Shown: positions 12,498-25,086, counted from the stretch's first letter. The stretch: 64,000 nucleotides of DNA from Paragordius varius (GCA_964247055.1 OZ176060.1:372001-436000), one strand, 5' to 3'. The notes: a model not told the origin generated them from the letters alone. Program-made: numbers and translations.

Positions 12498-13799
12498 ATT
12501 TACAATACGCTAATGAATAATATTTTATATAATTAACCATTCAATATTTTCCTTTTCAAAAAAAGTTTTTATAACTTTATTAAGGTTATTTTAAAATTTA
12601 TATTATTATATTAGGCCTGATGATAGCCAAAAATTAAATAATATTCTTATCAGGATTTTCTAAAAATGAATAAGGTAGCTCAGTTACATTTTATATTTAT
12701 AATATTTATACCAATTTTTTCATCGATTTAAAGAAACAAAACTGCCACAATCAGTCAATAAAAATTATAAATTAAAATTATTAGAATTTTATTTTATAAC
12801 GATACTATAGAAATATACATGCCATCTATTTAAAAAATCGTATAAATTGTTTTCTTAATGATAAACATCTTCAACCACAATAGCGAGAAGTAATTGATTG
12901 CCCAAAATATATTATTCATTTACTTATCTTTACAACATATTAGATAATTAAAAAATAGATATAACTGGATATGTAATTTATATTTTTTATTTTTGTTTCT
13001 ATGTTTGTTTATAAATATTATACATTTATTATCATTATTTTTGCTTTAAGTAGTATATATAAGTTTGTTTAATTTTTTCATGCCTTCCTTTTGAAATGAA
13101 ATAGGGCTGTATCGTACATAAATTACTGAATTATTTTAAGCTTATTTTAGAATTTCTCTAAATATTATAGTGGTAGTTTATTAGTGCTTAGCGGTTTTCA
13201 TACAAAACTAATAAACGAAATCTTTTGAAAAGTTGTTGAAAATTACAATAAAAAGCATTGGCTGATTAAACCGTAATTTTAAATAAAAAACTAGTAGTAT
13301 ATACAGTACCCTTTTTGTTGTTAGTTACTTCATTATTTAAGGCCAATTGGCAATACAGTAACGTCGGAGTTAAAAACAACAAACTGTGTGAAATATTAAT
13401 TTTTTATATAATTACAACATGAATTATGTTTATTAGTTTATGGAAATTTGTTTTATAACATACGCTACTATATAACTAATTGTTCAACGATATAGTATGA
13501 TAGTACAATAAAAACTAAAATTTAACGGACAAAATGCAAATTTTAAAAGACTAATACATTTTATTTTATTTATCCTATAAAAATCATTATTTTTTGTCTA
13601 CAAAAAACTCCAGTACAATTGGTCAAATAGCATGTCAAATATTTTATAAACGAAAATGCATATAGTAAAACGTCTCTAAGTAATAAATTATATCTCAATT
13701 TTTATTTGCAAAAATTATAAAATAAAAACAAAATCATATTAAATTTTGATCCTGGTAAGAGTGCGTTTATGAGTCTAATTAGCAATACACCTTGCATTG

Positions 13800-14290
13800 A
13801 TGTTTAAATTTTGAACATATTCAATGTGTTTTGCAAGATAACCTTTTTCGGTATATTTCTTTTTACAAATCGGGCACTCACGTTTAATTTGTTCATGAAC
13901 AGATTTCATGTGCCTTCCAAGACTTTCTTTTTGTGAAAACTCGTATTGCGGCATGGATGATTTATTTGTTCATAAACAGCATAAATATGAGTTGCAACAT
14001 TGCATTTTTGAGTAAATTCATTTTTGCAAATCGGACATTCATGTTTAATTTTCTCATGAATTAAATATATGTGCCTAGCAAGATGGCTTTGGTCAGAAAA
14101 CATTTTCGAACAAATTTCGCATGAAAATTTTTTGTTTATGAACAGATGTTATGATAAAATAATCCCGCTCGCGTTTTATATATTTTGTTACATTTCATAT
14201 ATTCAAACATTTTTCACCAGTTAGCTATAGTTTTATTCATATTTTTAGGCTTTGCATTTAAATTATTAATACTCATTTTTTACCATATGA
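13800..14290 (-). pseudogene. C2H2 zinc-finger paralog, degraded
   Basis: MFSDQSHLARHIYLIHEKIKHECPICKNEFTQKCNVATHIYAVYEQ with frameshifts. Homologous to 15404-15900 and 20277-20760. Confidence 0.85.
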
Positions 14291-15403
14291 GTACAGCTTT
14301 GTTCGAAATTTAAAAGTATTCTTTCTATATAAAAAAAATGTTAGCCAAAAATTAAAAATAATTTGTTGAAGATTCCGTTAAAACATAACTTACAAAAATC
14401 AAGGTTTAAATTTGACCTTCTTAATAAACAGAATATTTTTTTAACTTTTCCCCCTCTTAATAATTTATATTCATATTATTAGAGACTATACCTCACAATA
14501 ATGCTGTAAACTAAAGCACTAATTTTGGTAAGAAATTCTAATGTAACAAAAGAGTAACTAAGATATGGCCGATAAAACATAAATCTCTCTAAAACATATA
14601 CCAGAAGTGTTGCATATTAAATACTATTACACGCTAATAAAATAAATTAATTGGTTATAAAAAAGAAATGCATTAACTGATGGGCAAAAATAAATATAAA
14701 TTTGCTATATAAAATGCACCATTTTAATAATATCTAATAAAACCACATACATATATGAAACTTAGACTAATGGTTTGAGTATTTTTTAATGATAGGTTCT
14801 AACAACTCATGTTTCATATGCCAATAATTATATTATAATATATATTGCGCTAAGAATTCAAGTCATAGATTAACAAGTTGATAAAACTTTATAAAATAAC
14901 TAAATAGCCGAAATGTTGAAAAATTAAATACACCCTCTATACAAAATGATGTAGGAAGATTTTATATTTACCTTAAGCGACTTATCTTATTTTTTCAAAT
15001 ATCAAAAAAATATTGACTATTCACAAAAGGTAAAAAAAGATACATTTTCTTTGAAATATCACACTATGTTACAAATTCCACCCTAAAATGCGTAGATGTA
15101 TTTTACGTAAATTATAAAATAATGTATATTTAATAGACTTTATCACATTAAATAATTATTTATAAAATTTATCTAAAAAGATGTTTTTGTTATTAATCTA
15201 TAATGATCTTTTTAAAAGCTTTTTTCTAATCACAAATGAATATTAATTTTTTGTGAAACAAAAATTTGATAAGTATATGCCATCTTCTTTATATTTGGTA
15301 TTATTATGTATATAAACCTATTTTAGTTAATATAAATTATCCTTTCGCTGAAAAGACTATCAAAAATATAAAAAATAATTGATTTCGAAAAAGATGTACT
15401 TAT

Positions 15404-15900
15404 ATGGCAAAAATGAGAATAATATTGATAATAAGTTTAATAAAGCAAAGCCTAAAAAATGAATACTCTAGCGAACTTTGAAAAAATGTCTGAATTTTTG
15501 CAATATAAAAAAATATATAAAACGCCTTCGGGGTTATTTTTTCATAAATGTTCATGAACCCATTAAATTTCCGTGTAAAATTTGTTCAAAGATATTTTCG
15601 TATAAAAGCAATTTTGCTAGGTACCTCATCTCTGCACACAAAAAAATTGAACATGAATGTCCTGTAAAACTGATTTTTCTCAAAAAGGCTCTCTTGTCAC
15701 ATTCAGCCTGTTCATGAACAAGTTAAATATCCTTGTCCGACATGTAATAAAAAATTTACTCAAAAAGTAAGTCTTGGAAGGCACATAAAATCTATTCATG
15801 AGAAAATTAAACATGAATGTCCGATTTGTAAAAAGAAATATGCCGAAAAAGACTGTCTTGCAAAACACATTGAATCTGTTCATAAATTAAATATCAATGC
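15404..15900 (+). pseudogene. C2H2 zinc-finger paralog (short N-terminus subfamily), frameshifted
   Basis: FPCKICSKIFSYKSNFARYL..., HECPICKKEYAEKDCLAKHIESVH in different frames. Tandem duplicate of 20277-20760. Confidence 0.85.
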
Positions 15901-16956
15901 AAGGTGTATTAATAATTAGACTCATAAACGCACTCTCACCATGCATATTAAATATATATATTAAAATTCATTTGTAAAAACACATCAATATTTTATATAA
16001 ATATAATTTATTTTCAATTTATAATTTTTGCAAATAATAATTGAGATTTAGCTTATTCTATAGAGACGTTTTTCTATATGCATTTTTGTTAATAAAATAT
16101 TTTACATGCTATGACCGCTTGTACTGGAGTTTTTTGTAGATAAAAAATAATGATATTTATAGGATAAATAAAATTTTAAAATGTATACTTTGTCTTTTGA
16201 AAAATATTTTGCGTTTTGTCCGTTAAATTTTAAATTTTACTGTACAATACATACTATATCGTTGAACAATTAGTTATATAGTAGCGTATGTTATAAAACA
16301 AATTTCCATAAACTAATAAATATAATTATGTTGTAATTATATGAAAAAATGTTTATTCCACAGCGTTTGTTGTTTTTAACTCCGACGTTTCTGTATTGCC
16401 AATTGGCCTTTAATAATGAAGTTGCCACCAATAAAAAGGGTACTGTTTATACTATAAGTTTTTTATTTAAAATTACGGTTTAATCAGCCAACGCTTTTTA
16501 TCGTAATTTTCAGCAACTCTTTTAAAGATTACGTTTCGTCCTGTATAAAAACCGCTAAGCACTAAAACACTACCACTATAAAATATTTATAGAAATTCAA
16601 AAATAAGCTTAAAATAATTCAGTAATTTATGTGCGATACAGGCCTATTTCATTCTAAACAGAAAGCATGAAAAAATTAAACAAACTTATATAAAACTACT
16701 TAAAGCAATATTAATGATAAAAATAAATGTATAATATTTATAAAAAAACTTAGAAACAAAAATAAAAATTATAAAATAAATATCCAGTTTATCTATTTTT
16801 TAATTATCTAATATGTTGAAAAGATAAGTTAATGAATAATATATTTTGTGCAATCAATTAGCTTCTCACTATTGTGGTTGATGGATGTTTATCATTTAGA
16901 AAACAATTTATACGATTTTTTAAATAGATGGCATGTATATTATAAATTTATTTATA

Positions 16957-19107
16957 CAATCATGTAGACTTTATATTGTTAAAGATTTACTTTTTTTCGT
17001 TAATTGGGTATTAATATTTGGTAAAGAATATAAAAACAAGAGCTATATGGTATACCATATCATATTCTTTAAAATTAAAAGAAGTGTGGGGAAAGGGCGT
17101 CGGAAATCTTTGGTAAAAAATGAAAATCTTAAAATATTGTTATAGGGGAATGGTAATATTTTTGTTAATCTTTTAGCAAAATTTATATGTTGATTTTTTT
17201 AAAAAATTTATTTCGCAGTACACATATGAAAGAGGATTGACGTGAGAATTAACATAATTAATTTGATGAATATTTTGTATGTTAAATTTTGAGAATACTA
17301 CAGCAATTTATGTTAACACTTAAAATATTGTTGTTACGTATTTAGATGCGGAATTTTGTGGGTATTTCTTCTTAATAATTTAATATGTAGTAAAATGGGT
17401 ATTTTAATATTATTTATGATTCATATTTAAATTCAATAATTACCATTTTTCAACATGATAAATACTTGTATTAATCAAAATTGGTATTATTATTTTAAAT
17501 AGTTGTTATTAGTAATTAAAATACAGGTTATATATTTGTAAAAATTTAATTAGATTATAGATTGGTTTTGTTTTTATGTTTTTCATGGTTAATTTTTATG
17601 TGTTTACATTTTAATCAGGTAAAAATTGCGGTTTTTAAATTTAGTCAAATTTATTTTTTTTGTTTTTTAGGATTTGCATTGGAAATTGTATTTAATTACT
17701 ACATATTGGAAATTTTAAACAGGTAAAAATGGCGGTTAATTTCAATTTTTTTTTATTGGTAATTGTAATTAATTATATATTGTGGACCTTTTAATAACTA
17801 CAGGTAAAAATTGCAGTTTTTAATAAATCTGTAAAAATTTATTTTTTTTGTTTTTTTATTTAACATTGTTAATTGCAATTAAATATTACATATTTGGAAA
17901 TTTTAAAAAATACAGGTAAAAATGGCGGTTTTTAATAAATTTCAATTTTTTTTTTATTTTGTATCATTGTTAATAGTAATTAATTACTATATAATTTGGA
18001 CATTTTAATAAATACAGGTGAAAATGCCAGTTTTTAAAATTTAACATGTTTTGTATCATTGTTATTTGTTTTTAATTAATAAATATTTTGGACATTTAAA
18101 AAACAGGTAAAAATTGCCGTTTTTAATAATTTAGTAAAATTTATTAATTAATTTTTTATACATTGATATATACAGGTAAAAATTACTATCATTTGAATAA
18201 ATTAGCAAGGTTGATCAAAATATTAAAAATTTATATTAAAAACCGCAATTTTAACCTGTTTTTTAAATGTCGAAAATATTTGATAATTAATAACAAATAA
18301 CAATGATACAAAATAAATTAAATTTAAAATTTGTTAAAAACCGCCATTTTTACCTGTATTTTTAAAAATTTCCAAATATGTAGTATTTAATTACAATTAA
18401 CAATGTATAAAAAAACTAAAAAAAAATAAATTTGACTAAATTTAAAAACCGCAATTTTAACCTGATTAAAATGTAAACACATAAAAATTAACCATGAAAA
18501 ACATAAAAACAAAACCAATCTATAATCTAATTAAATTTTTACAAATATATAACCTGTATTTTAATTACTAATAACAACTATTTAAAATAATAATACCAAT
18601 TTTGATTAATACAGGTATTTATCATGTTGAAAAATGGTAATTATTGAATTTAAATATGAATCATAAATAATATTAAAATACCCATTTTACTACATATTAA
18701 ATTATTAAGAAGAAATACCCACAAAATTCCGCATCTAAATACGTAACAACAATATTTTAAATGTTAACATAAATTGCTGTAGTATTCTCAAAATTTAACA
18801 TACAAAATATTCATCAAATTAATTATGTTAATTCTCACGTCAATCCTCTTTCATATGTGTACTGCGAAATAAATTTTTTAAAAAAATCAACATAAATTTT
18901 GCTAAAAGATTAAAAATATTACCATTCCCCTATAACAATATTTTAAGATTTTCATTTTTTACTAAAGATTTCCAACGGCCTCCCCACACTTCTTTTACTT
19001 TTTTAAGGAATATGATATGGTATACCATACTTGTTTTTATATTCTTTACCAAATATTAATACCCAATTAACGAAAAAAAGTATACCAATATAAAGTCTAC
19101 ATGACTG
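16957..19107. mobile_element. Foldback-like Tc1/mariner-type non-autonomous element with about 700-bp inverted arms and internal about 100-bp repeats
   Basis: TA-CAATCATGTAGAC ... GTCTACATGACTG-TA. Arms 16957-~17665 and ~18410-19107 are near-perfect inverted copies. CAGGTAAAAAT-containing units at 17616, 17720, 17801, 17913, 18014, 18104 and 18173, inverted at about 18240-18465. Confidence 0.85.
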
Positions 19108-19109
19108 TA

Positions 19110-19756
19110 ATCCTTAAATAAGTCAAGAATTTGTATAGACAAACTAATTGGAAAATCATATAAATTATTTTAAAATAATTATTGGGGTTATATTAGTAGT
19201 TAATTTAAAAAGAATGTTTGAAAAAACTTTTGGTTTGCTTTTTTAATTAAAAATTATTTTTATCATAAATATTTTTGATACTTTTTAAAAAACAAAAAAT
19301 GGATGTTTTGAGTGACATAAAAGCATAAAAAATGTTTTCTTTCAAAAAAATCTTGAGTTATCTTTTTTGGACATTCATCACCATCTAAACAAAGTTTGAG
19401 CTATTTTCATCCATTAGTTTTAAAAATATATTAATTAAAAAAAATGTTCTCGCTTCGCGCGTTTGTCGCTCTTTGTGTCCAATAATAACTGTCGATGTAA
19501 TACATATTAGTATACATTTTATAAAGTTTTTATAACTTTTTCGAATGATATATTACAAAAGGGCTTTACTTGTATATTTTCAAAGAAAAACATTTTTCAG
19601 TAAAATTTTGATAAAGAAGGCGCATTATCAAAAATATCAAATTATACAAAATTCTTACAAGGAGTTATAATTTTTATTTCAGATTTACTGTTAAAATGAT
19701 TCTAAATATCAGAAAATGCAAAAAACTCGAGTGGCAGAAAAATTTGTTGTCCAGTG
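19110..19756 (+). mobile_element. Family A Tc1/mariner-type element, 5'-truncated
   Basis: Matches 8762-9395 and 2930-3700; ends AATTTGTTGTCCAGTG. Confidence 0.75.
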
Positions 19757-20276
19757 TTATTAATAAACATATAGGCACACAAAATTATTCAATTTGACTA
19801 TTTCAAGTGTAAAAGCGAAATAAGGACGCATTTTCATAAAAACTCACAATATGTTACAATTTCCACCCTAAAATGCGCAAATGTATTTTACGTAGAGTAA
19901 ATTATAAAATAATATATAGCTAAATTAAATTTGGTTAAAAATTTGACTTTCTTTTAGTTCAAGTTGAGAATTAGTTCAGAGCAAATAGTCAACGGTTATT
20001 ACATAAATAATAAATTTCAATACATCAAATAAATATATATAAATTTTTACCTAAAATTTTAGTATTCGTTTTTATGGTTTTATGATATCTTTATGAAAGT
20101 ATTTTTTTATCAAAACGAATTTTATATGATTATGTGGTTTTGTATTAAGAATATGCCATCTTCTTTATGTTATATAATTATGTATATAAACCTATTTTAG
20201 TTAGTATAAATTATCCTTTCGCTGAAAATACCACCAAAAATAGAAAAATAATTGATTTCAAAAAAGATGTACTTAT

Positions 20277-20760
20277 ATGGCAAAAATGAGTATTGGTAAT
20301 AATTTTAATCCAAAGCCTAAAAAGCGAACTCAGAAATGTTTGAATGTATGCAATATAAAAAAATATATAAAGGCGCCTTCGGGATGCTTTTTCACAATAA
20401 ATCTCTTACAGAACTTTCCGTGCAAAATTTGTTTAAAGATATTTTCGTATAAAAGCAATTTTGCTAGGCATATTATCTCTGCACACAAAAAAATTGAACA
20501 TGAATGTCCTATTTGTATAACTAAATTTTCTCAAAAAGGCTCTCTTGTCACATTCAGCCTGTTCATGAACAAGTTAAATATCCTTGTCCGACATGTTATA
20601 AAAAATTTACTCAAAAAGTAAGTCTTGGGAGGCACATAAAATCTATTCATGAGAAAATTAAACATGAATGTCCGATTTGTAAAAAGAAATATGCCGAAAA
20701 AGACTGTCTTGCAAAACACATTGAATCTGTTCATAAATTAAATATCAATGCAAGGTGTAT
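20277..20760 (+). pseudogene. C2H2 zinc-finger paralog, frameshifted
   Basis: FPCKICLKIFSYKSNFARHIISAHKKIEHECPICITKFSQKGSL then frameshift; later YPCPTC...LGRHIKSIHEKIKHECPICKKEY. Confidence 0.85.
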
Positions 20761-22109
20761 TACTAATTAGACTCATAAACGCACTCTTACCATGCATATT
20801 AAATATATATATTAAACTTCATTTGTAAAAACACATCAATATTTTATATAAATATAATTTATTTTCAATTTATAATTTTTGCAAATAATAATTGAGATTT
20901 AGCTCTATAGAGACGTTTTTCTATATGCATTTTTGTTAATAAAATATTTTACATGCTATTTGACCGCTTGTACTGGAGTTTTTTGTGGATAAAAAATAAT
21001 GATATTTATAGGATAAATAAAATTTTAAAATGTGTACTTTGTCTTTTGAAAAATATTTTGCGTTTTGTCCGTTAAATTTTAAATTTTACTGTACAATACA
21101 TACTATATCGTTGAACAATTAGTTATATAGTAGCGTATGTTATAAAACAAATTTCCATAAACTAATAAATATAATTATGTTGTAATTATATGAAAAAATG
21201 TTTATTCCACAGCGTTTGTTGTTTTTAACTCCGACGTTTCTGTATTGCCAATTGGCCTTTAATAATGAAGTTGCCACCAATAAAAAGAGTACTGTATATA
21301 CTATAAGTTTTTTATTTAAAATTACGGTTTAATTAGCCAACGCTTTTTTTTGTAATTTTCAGCAACTTTTCAAAAGATTACGTTCAGCACAGTATAGAAA
21401 CCGCGAAGCACTAATAAACTACCACTATAAAATATTTATGAAAATTCAAAAATAAGCTTAAAATAATTCAGTAATTTATGTGCGATACAGGCCTATTTCA
21501 TTTCAAAAAGAAAGCATGAAAAAATTAAACAAACTTATATAAAAAACTACTAAAAGCAAAATAAATGATAATAATAAATGTATAATATTTATAAAAAACA
21601 TAACAAAAATAATAAATATAAATTACATATCCAGTTATATCTATTTTTTTAATTATCTAATATGTTGAATAAGTAAATGAATAATATATTTGTGCAATCA
21701 ATTAGCTTCTCGCTATTGTGGTTAATGAAGGTTAATCATTATCAAAAAAATTTATATGATTTTTTTAAATAGATGGCAGTTTATTATATGTTTTAAAATT
21801 AATATCTCTATATAGTTTTAATTTATAATTTTTATTGATTTATTGTGGGACTTTTGTTTTTTTTAAACCGATGGAAAAATTGGTATATATATTATAAATA
21901 TAAAATGTAACTGAGCTACCTTATTCATTGTTAGTAAAATCCTGATTCATCCAAAAAACAATTTTTAATATTTGGCTATCAAAAAATATAATAATATAAA
22001 ATTTAAAATAACCTTAATAATGTTTTTTTTGCAAAGGAAAATATTGAAAATTTATTATAATGGGTAATTATCTAATAAAATATTATTTTATGGTGTCATT
22101 ATTGTAAAT

Positions 22110-22139
22110 TTCTCGGCCTCTTGGCTAAGATCAAAGTGT
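22110..22139 (+). ncRNA. U2: 5' fragment of U2 snRNA (disrupted gene)
   Basis: TTCTCGGCCTCTTGGCTAAGATCAAAGTGT, 29/30 match to the U2 5' end; followed by CGTCCC instead of AGTATC. Confidence 0.9.
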
Positions 22140-24227
22140 CGTCCCTTTTTACCTTAAAAATCTTAATAAAATTAATTGGATCTTATGCCATTTTTATACT
22201 TTTGCAAATGTTTAACTGCCCCTTTTTAATTCATTATCTTTTGCACTTTTTATACCTTGTTTTGTGCCCTTTTAAATCTCCCCCTTTGGTATTATTCGCG
22301 CCTCTCTTAATTGTTTTTTGTTTACCCCTTTTTTTCAAATTTCGCGCTTTCCCTAACCTTTTTCTAACGGCTTTTTGTTTATTTCCCCCCTTTTTTAAAT
22401 ATTCCCTCCCTTTTGCTTTAAATTCGCGCTGTGGCCATTTTTTTTAAACGGTTTTTGTTTACTTTCTCCATCTCTGTTAATTGTTATTTGAAATTCGCGC
22501 CTCTCTTTATCTTTTATTCGCATGTTGTTTTTACTCTTAATTGTGTGTCTCTGAATTCCCGGCCCCCTTTTGGTTATATATTAATTATCCGGGTGATTAG
22601 GAATTTATTTATTTCCATTCTTTAATCCTTTGGTCCATCTAAATTTCTTCCTTATATTATGCTTTGTTTATTTTTATTTTAGATATGATATCAAGCAACC
22701 ATATCTATAGCTCCATCAATATTCAAATCATGTTTCCCCTAACAATAAGTGATAATGATAATCAACCAGTGTACTGCAAGACAACCTTCTGCCATACCTC
22801 TGTCACCACGGTCAATTCTCAAAGCCATCCATCATTCTGTGTCAACCCGTCCACAACTCTAACACCCGATATTGGCTCTCTCTATGAACACCGATTCCCT
22901 TCACTCTCTTCATCTCAGTTCTATGACAACGTGTACACAGCTTCCAATCAGTCATCCATTCAAGCCAAATCTCCCAGCTCAAACATTAAACGCAAGAGCA
23001 TCCTTGATCTTGTCCATCCAGCCAACAAAATGCTAAAGATAAATAATAATAATGATGATAATGATGGCGACCTATTGGAGATGATGCCACATCAACCTAC
23101 CCTGCAAGACAACATTTTAACCTTTTTCTTTCCATTACCTAACCATTTCATATGCCCGTTTGAATCTTGTAATCATCAGTTTCGTTGTAAATCCTGGACT
23201 GCCCAGAGACAGTCTCTTCGACGTCATATTAAGCTGGTCCAGAAAGAACTAATCAATATGGTTAATATATGAAGACCTTGTAACAAAGTTTTATCTATTC
23301 ATTGACCCAAGCATACATATGAAAGAGTGCATTTTTGCGTCCAAATCTCCTCCTATTGTCCAAATGCCTCACGCATGTGATGAGTGTGACTTGTCGTTTC
23401 CCAAGCGCATGTCTCTCTACTATCTCATAAAAGGTCTCATAATCTACCTCCTCACTCACACCAAACCTTAAAGTTTGTCAAACCTCTAATTCAATCCGTC
23501 TACTAAGACTAAGAGTTATCGGTCATCTCCAACCCATTCAGTAAACTTTGTTGATCCACCCAGCTCTCCAGTTAATTCTTCTCCTACCAAAGTGAGTGGG
23601 ACCTTAAAAATCATTGGTAAGGGACATGAAGGCAATAATTTATCAATTCTAGTATTCTAAATCCCAGTGATTGTTCGGTAAACAAAAATTATTTTAATTA
23701 CTTTTCTAAAAATGAAGTCTCTTTATCTAATGTCTTACTATTCTTGAGGAGAGTGTTAATGAGGAACCCACTTCATCGGTTACTCTACCTCCACCAAATA
23801 AAAGTTTTAATAAATCCTCTGCTTTAAATAAAAATACTTTTCCTTTTATAATTTTAATAACCTTCTTGACTCCCACGACGAGAATTCCGACTGCGAGGAC
23901 GTTTGTTCTCTAATAAGCTCTATTTAAAATGCATTATCTCTTCCTCGGGTTATTTTAAGCCTAATAGTTTGGTTCAAAGGTTTAAATATTCGTGGCATGT
24001 ATAAGAAAAATAGGAAGGCTATAAGATTAATAGTTGATGGCCCTCTATTCTCTTGTAAAATTAATAAGGAAGATATAACTAATTATTTCAATAATAAAAT
24101 TGGCAAAAAATCGGGGCCTATAAATTTTAATTATTCTTATAATTCTGTTCCTTTACTTGATTTTATACCCTTTTCAGCATCTGAAGTTTCTGATAAATTA
24201 AGAAAAGTTTTTAACAGCTACCCTGTG
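22140..24227 (+). mobile_element. Decayed Utopia/NeSL-like (RLE-type) non-LTR retrotransposon, 5' portion
   Basis: Abuts the U2 5' fragment. Pyrimidine-rich 5' UTR, then an ORF with N-terminal fingers (ICPFESC...SLRRHIKLV; CNKVL...HMKEC; HACDECDLSFPKRMSL..HKRSH), then the pre-RT motif YKKNRKAIRLIVDG...CKI...YF...PFSASEVSDKLRK..NSYP. Stops and frameshifts; the RT core is missing. Confidence 0.75.
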
Positions 24228-24335
24228 AGCCAGTTGAGCCGGTTCATTCACATGGATTATTAAAAGTGGTGAATAAGCCTTCCTTATCCTGTTGGGATGG
24301 AGGAATTTTTGAGCCTGGTTTTTTCAGGTTTAAGG
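24221..24335 (+). ncRNA. Candidate structured small RNA with an Sm-like site
   Basis: GC-rich island with three predicted hairpins, AATTTTTGA at 24304-24312 and a terminal GCCTG/CAGGT hairpin. Not assignable to a known snRNA by eye. Confidence 0.3.
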
Positions 24336-25086
24336 TTATTACAAAAGCCAATATCTCGAGAACTAGGGAAAAATAAAATAAATTTAATATATGTATATGG
24401 TAGGTTATGGAAATTTTGTGACATGTGTCAAAAATATTTTTTGGGAAATGCTTGATAAAGATTATAATGTTTTAGTGCTGTATTTTTTATATTTAGGCAA
24501 GAATAAGTATTTAGTTCAAGTTTATAAGCAAGTTCAACTGAATATTTAGAAAATCCTACTGATATGTTTTTTCAAGAATTTAGAATATGACATCATATAA
24601 TTTTCCTCACTTGAAACCATTTAAATGCTAATATCATCAGGAATACTATCGATTATTTTTAAATTTGGTATGAATTCAGTAATATATATTTCTATAAAAC
24701 CATAAATGACGAAAATGAGTTAGCAAAGTTTATATCAGAGGATCAGACAGCTCTTATATCGAATAGCCATCCAGGAATAGATCCGAGAAACGAATTAATT
24801 TGACATAATTTATTAATGATTTATTTTTACACAATAAATAAGTATATTTTATAAATATTTAAATATTGATCATTTCTTGGCTAAAGCCTTTTAGACCTTA
24901 AGCTTTTCATCATTGCTAAATTTATTTACGGATTCATAAAGATGGACGGATATCTACAAATTATTTAAACAAAACTTTTTAATAAGACCCACATATAAAT
25001 GGCGTGTAAATATATTTTCATCATATTGATAAAAAATTCAAAACAGGCCTTCGCCATTGCTAAATTTATTTACGGTATTTATAAAG

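Noticed and set aside
18945-19010. TTTTACTAAAGATTTCC match to U5 snRNA loop 1 and 3' stem (also inverted at about 17095-17130)
   Set aside because: The invariant GCCUUUUAC loop and the 5' stem strand are not preserved, and it lies inside the arm of a transposon in AT-rich DNA. A decayed U5 copy cannot be fully excluded; cmscan would decide.
22121-22625. Phe/Leu/Pro-rich ORFs (also 12040-12228)
   Set aside because: Low-complexity translation of the pyrimidine-rich retroelement leader; frames differ between the two copies.
24209-24230. Resemblance of TTTAACAGCTACCCTGTGAG to nematode SL1 leader
   Set aside because: It overlaps the retroelement reading frame (FNSYP), needs gaps to align, and has no GT donor at the expected position.
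24490-24810. Slightly GC-richer stretch with short protein-like frames (INDENELAKFISEDQ...)
   Set aside because: Too short and interrupted, with no recognisable motif or second copy to support a call.
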